From positions 372,001 to 436,000 of the forward strand of contig NIVC01000797.1 of assembly GCA_002269645.1 (NCBI GenBank): a stretch of DNA of 64,000 nucleotides, written 5' to 3'. The notes under the pieces were generated by a model. It was not told where the DNA came from. It saw only the letters and a program-made list of their open reading frames with translations, and did no database searches. The DNA comes from Macrostomum lignano. Its lineage: Eukaryota. Below, piece by piece: positions 49,563 to 64,000 of this stretch. Positions within the stretch are counted from its first letter, which is position 1. Each line of letters begins with the position of its first letter. The position numbers and the translations under genes were made by a program.

Positions 49563-50229
49563 ATATCTAATAACTAATATCACAGCTATAGCTTTCGTAG
49601 TAACGACTGGCTGTTTTTAACAGACCCATAATTGCATACATCACATGTGCATCAAAGAGTCATCAAAATGAACCAGCTCTGTATAATTGATAAATCTTGT
49701 TCAGAAAAATCTTAGCCGTGAATCTGATTTTGTTTGGCTGCAGCTCTTTGAGGGTGGAGTCTGTTTGAATTTCTGAACAAAGATTCATTGCTCTTCCACA
49801 GCTGGTACCAGCTGTTCAAAGTCGTTCTCTCTCGACCTTATCCTCCGTTTGTAATTATCCATTTTTTTAATGCCATTCAGTCCTTTGTGGGCCGGGCTGC
49901 CTCCATTGATAATATTTCCGATTTTAAAACGAATGACGCACGGAAGTCTGCACTGCTCTCAGGCTTTGAGGGATTGCAGAGACGTGAACGGCGTGGGGGG
50001 GGGCTTGTTTAAAGTGCGCGGGCGAATAGCGGCTCTGAGATTACAAAATAAGCTGTTTTAATGAGTCTCTAAATCGATGCTATGGGCTGATTTGTCAATT
50101 TTTTAACGTCTCAATACAGATGTACAGACGGATTAATATCCCAAGGTTGCCGTGGTGTCAGCAGCCAATTTAGTTCACTTCCTGAGCACTTTTAATAAAA
50201 TAGATTGAGAGTTAGGTGGACGGTGAGAG

Positions 50230-50720
<491 letters not shown>

Positions 50721-51614
50721 TGACTCTCAGAGGAGAAACGGAGCGAGGCAAGGAGGCGGAGTGAACAGCAATAGTGAAGATCAGCTGATCGATGTGAAGC
50801 ATTATTAGTTGTGAAACCTGGAGATTCCAGGGCTCTGAGAGCGAATTGAATCCGCATTTTAAGGTACAAATAAAGGAGATTGGATTGAATCATAAGTATC
50901 AAATATCGAGTTTCCAAGGCCCCAGAGCCGCATGGCGAGCGCTCAGTCTCAGGCATCACAATCAATTAAAATCGGCCTCTTGTTGCTTTCAGAGAAAAAC
51001 AGCGACTGACAGAGATATGAAAAATTTCAACTGGCATGACGTCACTGATAAGCCGCTCTCCATCATGCTAATTAGCGAGGATTAAAGGCAGCAGAGGAGG
51101 CCTATTGTAAGTCTCAAATTGCGCAATTTCGATTGCACTTTAACTCTGTATTATAGTGCATGGAACTTTAATCTCTGGGATTATTTTTTGAGAAAGCGAA
51201 TATTATGACGTCAATGTGAGACTTTTATCTGTGGAATTAATCCGACATTTTTTTAACTACTATAAGTACCAGAAATGATGAGAAATCAGCGATAATAATA
51301 TTCTGCGACATCGTCCCGCAATCGAAATCAATTTCTGCTTTATGAACTTTGTAAGATCGCTACTGCTTAACTAAAGCTTAGAAATTCAATAGAGGGAGCA
51401 TGTTGTACGAGTATCAAGACCAGAACACTCACATAAACAAATTGATGTTTCCATTTATTAAACAAAGATAGCCTTGATACGTAACAAACTTTAGACTTCA
51501 ACAAAGTACTTGATTCGGAATTCAAAATATATATCCATTTGCTGACGTTTTTATACATAATCAGTCTGTCCATACTTAATTACAATGACTTACATGACTA
51601 ACCCGCAATATCAT

Positions 51615-51820
51615 TCTCGACTTTTCTACCCGTAGCTTGACGCTGATTGGTTGATAAGCGACCAGCAATGCTTTTCTCGAATTTTCTACCCGTAGCTTGA
51701 CGCTGATTGGTTGATAAGCGACCAGCAATGCTCTTCTGGACTTTTCTACTCCTAACTTGACGCTGATTGGTTACGAGTAATAAACGACTAGCAGTACTAT
51801 TCTCGACTTTTCTACCCCTG
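51615..51820. repeat. 60-bp tandem repeat x3.5 just downstream of the TDO stop
   Basis: TTCTCGACTTTTCTACCCGTAGCTTGACGCTGATTGGTTG at a 60-bp period. Confidence 0.88.
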
Positions 51821-51849
51821 AATTGATTCTGATCGCAACTCCAAAATCT

Positions 51850-52113
<264 letters not shown>

Positions 52114-52117
52114 TTAG

Positions 52118-52735
52118 CAGGAGAGTGAACTGTCTTACAGGAGAGTGAACTGTCTAACAGGAGAGTGAACTGTCTTACAGGAGAGTGAACTGTCTAACAG
52201 GAGAGTGAACTGTCTTACAGGAGAGTGAACTGTCTAACAGGAGAGTGAACTGTCTTACAGGAGAGTGAACTGTCTAACAGGAGAGTGAACTGTCTTACAG
52301 GAGAGTGAACTGTCTAACAGGAGAGTGAACTGTCTAACAGGAGAGTGAACTGTCTTACAGGAGAGTGAACTGTCTAACAGGACAGTGAACTGTCTAACAG
52401 GAGAGTGAACTGTCTTACAGGAGAGTGAACTGTCTAACAGGAGAGTGAACTGTCTTACAGGAGAGTGAACTGTCTAACAGGAGAGTGAACTGTCTAACAG
52501 GAGAGTGAACTGTCTTACAGGAGAGTGAACTGTCTTACAGGAGAGTGAACTGTCTAACAGGAGAGTGAACTGTCTAACAGGACAGTGAACTGTCTAACAG
52601 GAGAGTGAACTGTCTTACAGGAGAGTGAACTGTCTAACAGGACAGTGAACTGTCTAACAGGAGAGTGAACTGTCTAACAGGAGAGTGAACTGTCTAACAG
52701 GAGAGTGAACTGTCTAACAGGAGAGTGAACTGTCA
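52118..52735. repeat. 20-bp minisatellite (CAGGAGAGTGAACTGTCT(T/A)A), about 31 copies, TDO intron 5
   Basis: Direct inspection. Confidence 0.96.
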
Positions 52736-53104
52736 AAAAGCACAGGGTAACATAGATTTAATAATAATTCTGCACCTAAATATTGCATTCTACCGATTTT
52801 CAGTTTATGCATTGAGATACTTGATATTGAAATTAAGGTGGAAACAATGAGATCCTATTGATGCTGATAAATATTCCACCTTTTGATTTCAAATTTAGGT
52901 CAACATTTTTTAATCCAGAGAAACAGTTTTGCTACAGCGAAAATATTTATCTCTGTGGAAATACTTTCTGCTGCGGTCACTTGTACGAGTAAATACCCCA
53001 TCGAACTGAGTCACTGATGGCTTTTTGGAAGATTAAAATAAGAGCTCCCGATAAACACTTGGATTGATTAACTATGTAAAGCGTAATTAAATGACTTGCA
53101 TACT

Positions 53105-54016
<912 letters not shown>

Positions 54017-54024
54017 GTTTATCA

Positions 54025-54213
<189 letters not shown>

Positions 54214-54254
54214 CTACTGTAAGCAAAACACACAACGCATTGTTCTCATACTAC

Positions 54255-54366
54255 CTTTTTCAATGTAGGAGTTATACACCTCCAAATTGTCGATGGAGTG
54301 AAAAGCGTCCAGCTGCTTCTTATAGTCGGCCATCTTCAACTGCTTCAGCGAGGGATCGGTCTCCCG
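54255..54366 (-). CDS. TDO: TDO exon 4
   Basis: CGCAG|CGG; RETDPSLKQLKMADYKKQLDAFHSIDNLEVYNSYIEK; G|GTAGTA; phases fit the neighbouring exons. Confidence 0.88.
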
Positions 54367-54498
54367 CTGCGATGAGATTAGGAATGATGGGGTGCATGCA
54401 AGTACTTGTGAGTTACTAGCTGTGCAGCGGTTAGTCGGGGATTGTAATGAATAGCCAGTGGCGCGATACCATGTAACCCGGTACCTTGCGTGCGTTTA

Positions 54499-55308
<810 letters not shown>

Positions 55309-55377
55309 TTAAGAAAAGCGTTGAAAAACTTTTTAAAAATAAACTCATCGCAGATCAAAAGAGATATCATCTAGACC

Positions 55378-58300
55378 CAAGAGAGACCAGAGAGAGACCC
55401 GAGAGAGACCAGAGCGAGATCAGAGAGAGACCAGAGAGAGACCGGAGAGAGACTAGAGAGAGATCAGAGAGACCAGATAGAAACCAGAGAGAGATCAGAG
55501 AGAGATCAGAGAGAGATCAGAGAGAGATCAGAGAGAGATCAGAGAGAGATCAGAGAGAGACCAGAGAGAACCCGAGAGAGACCAGAGAGAGACCAGAGAG
55601 AGACCAGAGAGAGACCAGAGAGAGATCAGAGAGAGATCAGAGAGAGACCAGAGAGAGATCGGAGAGATCAGAGAGAGACCAGAGAGACATCAGAGAGAGA
55701 TCAGAGAGAGATCAGAGAGAGATCAGAGAGAGATCAGAGAGAGATCAGAGAGAGATCAGAGAGATCAGAGAGAGATCAGAGAGAGATCAGAGAGAGATCA
55801 GAGAGAGATCAGAGAGATCAGAGAGAGATCAGAGAGAGATCAGAGAGAGACCAGAGAGAGATCAGAGAGAGATCAGAAAGAGATCAAAGAGAGATCAGAG
55901 AGAGACCAGAGAGAGACCAGAGAGACCAGAGAGAGATCCGAGAGAGATCAGAGAGAGATCAGAGAGAGATCAGAGAGAGATCAGAGAGAGACCAGAGAGA
56001 GATCAGAGAGAGATCAGAGAGAGATCAAAGAGAGATCAGAGAGAGATCAGAGAGATCAAAGAGAGATCAGAGAGAGACTAGAGAGAGATCAGAGAGAGAT
56101 CAGAGAGATCAGAGAGAGATCAGAGAGAGATCAGAGAGACCAGAGAGAGACCAGAGAGACCAGAGAGACCAGAGAGAGATCAGAGAGAACCAGAGAGAGA
56201 TCAGAGAGAGACCAGAGAGAGATCAGAGAGAGATCAGAGAGAGATCAGAGAGAGATCAGAGAGAGATCAGAGAGAGATCAGAGAGAGATCAGAGAGAGAT
56301 CAGAGAGAGACCAGAGAGAGATCAGAGAGACCAGAGAGAGACCAGAGAGACCAGAGAGACCAGAGAGAGATCAGAGAGAACCAGAGAGAGATCAGAGAGA
56401 GACCAGAGAGAGATCAGAGAGAGATCAGAGAGAGATCAGAGAGAGATCAGAGAGAGATCAGAGAGAGATCAGAGAGAGATCAGAGAGAGACCAGAGAGAG
56501 ATCAGAGAGAGATCAGAGAGAGATCAGAGAGAGATCAGAGAGAGATCAGAGAGAGATCAGAGAGAGACCAGAGAGAACCCGAGAGAGACCAGAGAGAGAC
56601 CAGAGAGAGACCAGAGAGAGACCAGAGAGAGATCAGAGAGAGATCAGAGAGAGACCAGAGAGAGATCGGAGAGATCAGAGAGAGACCAGAGAGACATCAG
56701 AGAGAGATCAGAGAGAGATCAGAGAGAGATCAGAGAGAGATCAGAGAGAGATCAGAGAGAGATCAGAGAGATCAGAGAGAGATCAGAGAGAGATCAGAGA
56801 GAGATCAGAGAGAGATCAGAGAGATCAGAGAGAGATCAGAGAGAGATCAGAGAGAGACCAGAGAGAGATCAGAGAGAGATCAGAAAGAGATCAAAGAGAG
56901 ATCAGAGAGAGACCAGAGAGAGACCAGAGAGACCAGAGAGAGATCCGAGAGAGATCAGAGAGAGATCAGAGAGAGATCAGAGAGAGATCAGAGAGAGACC
57001 AGAGAGAGATCAGAGAGAGATCAGAGAGAGATCAAAGAGAGATCAGAGAGAGATCAGAGAGATCAAAGAGAGATCAGAGAGAGACTAGAGAGAGATCAGA
57101 GAGAGATCAGAGAGATCAGAGAGAGATCAGAGAGAGATCAGAGAGACCAGAGAGAGACCAGAGAGACCAGAGAGACCAGAGAGAGATCAGAGAGAACCAG
57201 AGAGAGATCAGAGAGAGACCAGAGAGAGATCAGAGAGAGATCAGAGAGAGATCAGAGAGAGATCAGAGAGAGATCAGAGAGAGATCAGAGAGAGATCAGA
57301 GAGAGATCAGAGAGAGACCAGAGAGAGATCAGAGAGAGACCAGAGAGAGATCAGAGAGAGATCAGAGAGAGATCAGAGAGAGATCAGAGAGAGACCAGAG
57401 AGAGATCAGAGAGAGATCAGAAAGAGATCAAAGAGAGATCAGAGAGAGATCAGAGAGAGATCAGAGAGAGATCAGAGAGAGATCAGAGAGAGATCAGAGA
57501 GAGACCAGAGAGAGATCAGAGAGAGACCAGAGAGAGACCGGAGAGAGACTAGAGAGAGATCAGAGAGACCAGATAGAAACCAGAGAGAGATCAGAGAGAG
57601 ATCAGAGAGAGATCAGAGAGAGATCAGAGAGAGATCAGAGAGAGATCAGAGAGAGACCAGAGAGAACCCGAGAGAGACCAGAGAGAGACCAGAGAGAGAT
57701 CAGAGAGAGATCAGAGAGAGATCGGAGAGATCAGAGAGAGACCAGAGAGACATCAGAGAGAGATCAGAGAGAGATCAGAGAGAGATCAGAGAGAGATCAG
57801 AGAGAGATCAGAGAGAGACCAGAGAGAGATCAGAGAGAGATCAGAAAGAGATCAAAGAGAGATCAGAGAGAGATCAGAGAGAGATCAGAGAGAGATCAGA
57901 GAGAGATCAGAGAGAGATCAGAGAGAGACCAGAGAGAGATCAGAGAGAGACCAGAGAGACATCAGAGAGAGATCAGAGAGAGATCAGAGAGAGATCAGAG
58001 AGAGATCAGAGAGAGACCAGAGAGAGATCAGAGAGAGATCAGAAAGAGATCAAAGAGAGATCAGAGAGAGATCAGAGAGAGATCAGAGAGAGATCAGAGA
58101 GAGATCAGAGAGAGATCAGAGAGAGACCAGAGAGAGATCAGAGAGAGACCAGAGAGAGACCGGAGAGAGACTAGAGAGAGATCAGAGAGACCAGATAGAA
58201 ACCAGAGAGAGATCAGAGAGAGATCAGAGAGAGATCAGAGAGAGATCAGAGAGAGATCAGAGAGAGATCAGAGAGAGACCAGAGAGAACCCGAGAGAGAC

Positions 58301-58880
58301 CAGAGAGAGACCAGAGAGAGACCAGAGAGAGATCAGAGAGAGATCAGAGAGAGACCAGAGAGAGATCGGAGAGATCAGAGAGAGATCAGAGAGAGACCAG
58401 AGAGAGATCAGAGAGAGATCAGAGAGAGATCAGACAGAGATCAGAGAGAGACCAGAGAGAGATCAGAGAGAGATCAGAGAGAGATCAGAGAGAGATCAGA
58501 CAGAGATCAGAGAGAGATCAGAGAGAGATCAGAGAGAGATCAGAGAGAGACCAGAGAGAGATCAGAGAGAGATCAGAGAGAGATCAGAGAGAGACCAGAG
58601 AGAGACCAGAGTGAGACCAGAGAGAGACCAGAGAGACCAGAGAGAGATCCGAGAGAGATCAGAGAGAGATCAGAAAGAGATCAGAGAGAGATCAGAGAGA
58701 GACCAGAGAGAGACCAGAGTGAGACCAGAGAGAGACCAGAGAGACCAGAGAGAGATCAGAGAGAGATCAGAGAGAGATCAGAGAGAGATCAGAGAGAGAT
58801 CAGAAAGAGATCAGAGAGAGATCAGAGAGACCAGAGAGAGATCAGAGAGAGATCAGAGAGAGACCAGAGAGACCAGAGAG
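55378..58880. repeat. About 3.5-kb array of 9/11-bp units (CAGAGAGAGAT / CAGAGAGAGAC) with higher-order duplications, TDO intron 2
   Basis: Rare variant units recur at fixed offsets of 1007 and 622 bp. Confidence 0.97.
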
Positions 58881-58915
58881 AATTAGCTGAGCGCTCGTGA
58901 ACCAGCTGACCTCAC

Positions 58916-59143
58916 CTTCATGATGACCACCACGCGGTTCAGCCGGTTGATCACCAGCAGCATTTTGCCTTCGTCGAAGACTTTCCCGCTGAACAGCTGG
59001 CGCACGGAGTCGATCTCGAAGATCACCTGCTTGAACCAGAGCTCGAACGCCTGGTGGGTCACGATGAACAGGTGCTCATCGTGAACTGGCTGACCGCTGT
59101 CTGTCTGACCCACCGGTAGCTGGCAGGACAACAGACTGTTGAG
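58916..59143 (-). CDS. TDO: TDO exon 2
   Basis: CACAG|CTC; VHDEHLFIVTHQAFELWFKQVIFEIDSVR..RLNRVVVIMK; AAG|GTGAGG. Confidence 0.95.
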
Positions 59144-59199
59144 CTGTGGGATTGGAGAGTTAAGAATGAGCACAGTGACTCGAATGAGGACAGATCGGT

Positions 59200-59620
59200 A
59201 TATGACTCATCATACATGCTGGTGACTGTATCTATGACTCATCATACAGGCTGGTGACTGTATCTATGACTCATCATACAGGCTGGTGACTGTATCTATG
59301 ACTCATTATACAGGCTGATAACTGTATCTATGACTCATTATACAGGCCAGTGACTATATTAATGACTCATTTTACAGGCTGATGACTGTATTTATGAATC
59401 ATTATACAGGCTATTGACTATATCTACGACTCATCATACAGGCTGGTGACTGTATCTATGACTCATCATGCAGTTTGGTGGCTATATCTACTCGTATGAC
59501 TCATGATACAGGTTGGTGACTACATCTATGACTCGTAATACAGGCTGAAGACACATATAGCTATGACTCATTATACAGACTAATGACTCCTATATGTCTC
59601 ATCATGACGACTCAAGACTA
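59200..59620. repeat. Degenerate 32-bp minisatellite (TATGACTCATCATACAGGCTGGTGACTGTATC), TDO intron 1
   Basis: Period 32, decaying toward higher coordinates. Confidence 0.88.
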
Positions 59621-59732
59621 TACTTTTGAGTCATACTACGATATTTAATGGGGATAGCTTTTATGACTCAAACTATTTGCTGGGCTAATTAAGTCCCTTT
59701 AATCCATATTTATGAATCAATAACAATCTCAC

Positions 59733-59843
59733 CTGCAGATACTGGCCGTAAGTCAGCGCCGCATCGCCCATTGTTTCAACCTTGTTGACGCCTTCTTGAT
59801 CGGCGCCACCGACTGGCTGATTTGCGTACATGCAGGAACTCAT
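59733..59843 (-). CDS. TDO: TDO exon 1
   Basis: MSSCMYANQPVGGADQEGVNKVETMGDAALTYGQYLQ; CAG|GTGAGA. Total CDS 1200 nt. Confidence 0.88.
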
Positions 59844-60214
59844 ATCTGATAGTTTTAATATGGCTAATCCCTATCCCTGTCTGTCAGATGCTTGGTCCGG
59901 TCCACACTCCAGTCCGTCAGTTTTATTCAAGCTTGGAAACCCCCTCCAGTTCTTATCTTATCATTAGAAGGCGGCGTTTTGGGGATTAATAAATAGCTGC
60001 ATTCTCCTCTCTGTGGGAAATAAAAGCTGTTCTGCCTGTTTGCCTTGTCGGTGCCAACACACCTCTGCCTGACAGGTTCACACGGGTCCGAGCACAGGGG
60101 CTGGGCTGAGCACTTGGTTGGGGAATAAAGAATCAGCCCCTTGTCATGGCTCCACTGACTTCCTGGGCGTGCTTTGATTCTGTGGGAGCACTGGGCGGAG
60201 TGGGCGCTCCCTGT

Positions 60215-60470
60215 CTCCTTCTAGCGCCCCCTGTCCCCTTCTAGCGCCCCCTGTCTCCTTCTAGCGCCCCCTGTCTACTTCTAGCGCCCCTGTCCCCCTC
60301 TAGCGCCCCTGATCCCTTCTAGCGCCGCCTGATCCCTTTCTAGCGCCCCCTGATCCCTCTAGAGCCCCCTGATCCCTTCTAGAGCCCCTGATCCCTTCTA
60401 GCGCCCTGTCTGTCTCTCTAGCGCCCCCTGTCTCCTTCTAGCGCCCTGTTCCCTTCTAGCAGTCTTTTCT
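60215..60470. repeat. About 20-bp degenerate minisatellite (CTTCTAGCGCCCCCTGTCTC)
   Basis: Direct inspection. Confidence 0.88.
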
Positions 60471-61254
60471 AGCTTCCCGTGACCCCTCTCCTCCAATCAC
60501 CAACAAAAGGGGAAAATTTCAACCCTTTAAAATCAATTCGCCTAAGCAATCTGAGTAGGAAGAAAAATGCAGCCATATTAGCAAAATTTTAACGACAACC
60601 ATGAGAAAAAGAATCGGTCCTATGAATAGCAGCTTTCCCAGCTCTGGTCTCTGCTCTAGGCTCTCTGTTTCTCTCACGGGTGCGCTCCGCAATTTGTCCG
60701 CGGGGCACACACACAAATTTATTACAATTTTACAATGCGAAATTGACCAACCGCGCCTCCCAAAGTCTATGTCGCTGGGTGTGTGTGTTTTTTTTAAAAA
60801 ACCGACTCTTGCAACTATTAGAAATCAACTTCGTTCTACTTGGCTAAACCTTACCCTTAATCCAATCTCGATGGCAATAATGAAAATGCATCGTGGAGAG
60901 AATTTTGGGAAGCTGAATCTGCAATGGGAAAAGGAGAGAGAGAGAGAGAGTCGGAGAGGTCATCATAAAACTGAAGCCCTGCTTGTTGAAGCTTTGCCAA
61001 TAATTCTTAGCTGCTCACTGGCAGGGCGGGGGAGGTGGAGAACAGAGGCCAGTTCTGGCTTAGTAACAATAAATTTTACAACTTCACCCGTCTCAACCCC
61101 ACTGAGGGAGGGGTATTATTTTCCCTTCGAGTTGGGGCAAGGAGTTTCATAACCAAGAGCCTGGATTAGACAACTACGAGTAACTGGTGATTGATTTCAG
61201 TTTTTAAATCAAGAGTCGCCCCGCTTTAATGTTTGCTTCTCTCTAAATCATTTT

Positions 61255-61865
61255 TTCTTCTCTCCTCTCTCCTCTCTCCTCTCTCTTCTACTCTCTCCTC
61301 TCTCCTCTCTCTCTCTCCTCTCTCCTCTCTCTTCTCTCCTCTCTCCTCTCTCCTCTCTCCTCTCTCTTCTCTACTCTCTCTCCTCTCTCCTCTCCTCTCT
61401 CCTCTCTCCTCTCTCTTCTCTACTCTCTCCTCTCTCCTCTCTCCTCTCTCCTCTCCCTCTCTCTCCTCTCTCCTCTCTCCTCTCTCCTCTCTCCCTCTCC
61501 TCTCTCTCTCTCTTCTCTACTCTCTCTCCTCTCTCCTCTCTCCCTCTCTCCTCTCTCCTCTCTCCTCTCTCCTCTCTCCTCTCTCCTCTCTCTCTCTCTC
61601 TCTACTCTCTCTCCTCTCTCTTCTCTCCTCTCTCCTCTCTCCTCTCTCCTCTACTCTCTCCTCTCTCCTCTCTCCTCTCTCCTCTACTCTCTCCTCTCTC
61701 CTCTCTCCTCTCTCCTCTCTCCTCTCTACTCTCTCTCGTCTCTCCTCTCTCCTCTCTCCTCTCTCCTCTCTCTTCTCTACTCTCTCTTGTCTCTCCTCTC
61801 TCCTCTCTTTTCTCTACTCTCTCTACTCTCCCTCTCTCCTCTCTTCACTCCCCTCTCCTCTCTCC
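61255..61865. repeat. Polypyrimidine (CTCTC/CTCTCCT)n tract
   Basis: Direct inspection. Confidence 0.92.
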
Positions 61866-62749
61866 AAATCCACTGCGTTATAGTAAAAATCTTTGTGTTC
61901 AAATCTTTGAGAACTTTCAGATACGAGTCAAGCATGAGTCACGCAAATCAGCCTACACTTGTCCGGCCAGAAGTTGTCAATCCAGAATCTGCTCCTAAGT
62001 TCTCCTTGGTTGAGCGTAAGCCATTGTTTCTTTCAAAATGGCCCCCCTATAGAGAGAGAGAAGGGAAGGTGAGAGCGGGAGGAGGGGTTGGAGCAGTTCA
62101 GGGGTCCCATGGGAGCAAGGGAGGGTGGGGGTGGGACCGGACTCACGCCCCCCTAGCCTTGATCAGTATATATAAATCCTCCGTGCAAAAAGCAACCAAA
62201 GCTTCTGTAGCCTTTTGGTTTTTTTTGTAAAATAAAGAGCCCGCCCGCCTGCCGGTCCAGCTTTGACTTTTGCCGCTTAGAATTCAGCTCTCTGATTTCT
62301 ATTTCAAAATTTGGCTAAAAATTGAGAATCCACAGCAGACAGAAGGCAGGTAAGCAGGAACTGACCAGCTGACAAAGTGAACCCCAGAGACGCTGGGCCC
62401 TCTCGGTTTGAATTCGTGCGCAGACCCAACCCCAGCAGCTCATGCCAAGGGGCACAAATTCGAGCCAACAGGGTCACGCGTCCGGGAGAACTCGACCACC
62501 GCTCCGGCTGTGACCTCATGCGGTTCACACCCATGACCCCCCTTAGGCAGAGTGTACGAGCCTCTGCAATATTTAAACAATTGATTACTTAGCAGTTCAA
62601 TTCAGAAAATTTCAATTACTCAAAAATTACAAATCTGAGCCAAAAAAAACACTGCGCTTTGCCCTATCGATATTTGTGGTTGAGCAATTCTTAAACAAAG
62701 ACTAATTAAAGCAAGAGACAAAAGGCAAGTTTTGCGAGACCACTGCTAC

Positions 62750-63430
62750 CTGTCTCTCTCTGAATCTCTCTCAGTCTCTCTCTGAATCTCTCTCAGTCTC
62801 TCTCTGAATCTCTCTCAGTCTCTCTCTGAATCTCTCTCAGTCTCTCTCTGAATCTCTCTCAGTCTCTCTCTGAATCTCTCTCAGTCTCTCTCTGAATCTC
62901 TCTCAGTCTCTCTCTGAATCTCTCTCAGTCTCTCTCTGAATCTCTCTCAGTCTCTCTCTGAATCTCTCTCAGTCTCTCTGAATCTCTCTCAGTCTCTCTC
63001 TGAATCTCTCAGTCTCTCTCTGAATCTCTCTCAGTCTCTCTCGGAATCTCTCTCAGTCTCTCTCCACATTTTTCTCAGTCTCTCTCCACATCTCTCCCGG
63101 TCTCTCTCCACATCTCTCTCAGTCTCTCTCCACATCTCTCTCAGTCTCTCTCCACATTTTTCTCAGTCTCTCTCCACATCTCTCCCGGTCTCTCTCCACA
63201 TCTCTCTCAGTCTCTCTCCACATCTCTCTCAGTCTCTCTCCACATTTCTCTCAGTCTCTCTCCACATCTCTCCCGGTCTCTCTCCACATCTCTCTCAGTC
63301 TCTCTCCACATTTCTCTCAGTATCTCTCCACATCTCTCTCAGTCTCTCTCCACATCTCTCCCAGTCTCTCTCCACATCTCTCTCAGTCTCTCTCTACATC
63401 TCTCCCAGTCTCTCTTCACATTTCCCAGTC
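62750..63430. repeat. Two adjoining 22-bp arrays (TCTCTCTCAGTCTCTCTCTGAA, then TCTCTCTCAGTCTCTCTCCACA)
   Basis: Direct inspection; the unit switches near 63060. Confidence 0.93.
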
Positions 63431-63879
63431 ACCCTCCACATCTGTCCACATCCGTAAGCAAATAGTCTTAGATAATTGGGATGCAAATTTTCTGAAAGCC
63501 GAAAATACCACAGCTTTGAGACCCCCGCTGTGCATCCAACATAAAATTGAGCTATCCATTAAAAATTGTTAGCCAAACAATTTTTATGATCGGGCAGCTG
63601 GGGCTTGCTCAAAGTGTGGTCGGTTTGCTTGTTTCTTTGTCTATTATTGTTTTTAAATAAATTGCTTTGATTTACTTAATCGGCTTCTGTCTTGCTTTTT
63701 TTCTTAGTGTTTTTAGCCAACACCTGCATATTTGAAATTGCTATAGCCTACTGCAGTTTGAGAATTTGGGTAGAACTGCACCTTTTTAGGGTGAGAAACA
63801 GCTACATACAACACAGCGCTCAGTGAGTACAGCTCAAGATGGTTAGTGTGTCAAAGGTGGTCATCTGGCCCCCTCTGAC

Positions 63880-64000
63880 ACTCTGACCCTCTGACCCCTC
63901 TGACCCATCTGACCCTCTGACCCACTCTGACCCTCTGCCCCTCTGACCCCTCTGACCCCTCTGACCCCTCCGACCCTTTTAACCCTTCTGACCACTCTGA
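63880..64000. repeat. (CTCTGACCC)-type short repeat running off the window end
   Basis: Direct inspection. Confidence 0.8.

Noticed and set aside
60601-62592. Several 70-180-aa ORFs upstream of TDO
   Set aside because: No recognisable domains; partly low-complexity and consistent with chance ORFs.

Overview
Eukaryotic (animal) genomic DNA, with no prokaryotic features. Four spliced protein-coding genes can be fully reconstructed with GT-AG introns and consistent phases: an E78/NR1E nuclear receptor (+, 4 exons, 14925-19386, 505 aa), a Rab8-type GTPase (+, 4 exons, 33477-37059, 210 aa), a klumpfuss-like C2H2 zinc-finger factor (-, 4 exons, 44995-40157, 807 aa) and tryptophan 2,3-dioxygenase (-, 6 exons, 59843-51850, 399 aa). 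Three disrupted copies of an intronless PAN/apple + C-type lectin gene are present, as is one orphan ORF (24109-24558) that by eye resembles a RelE/ParE-type fold. Mobile DNA includes LINE remnants (APE endonuclease, RTE 3' end, CCHC tail), a Gypsy integrase with PPT/LTR, a complete tRNA-derived SINE with a 13-bp TSD, and several MITE families. About 30 distinct micro- and minisatellite arrays (units 4-60 bp) are scattered throughout, many abutting splice sites or growing from TIR subrepeats. E78 and klu point to a protostome. GC-rich Ala/Gln-rich exons amid dense minisatellites would fit a free-living flatworm such as Macrostomum, but that is inference only. All calls were made by eye; no searches were run.
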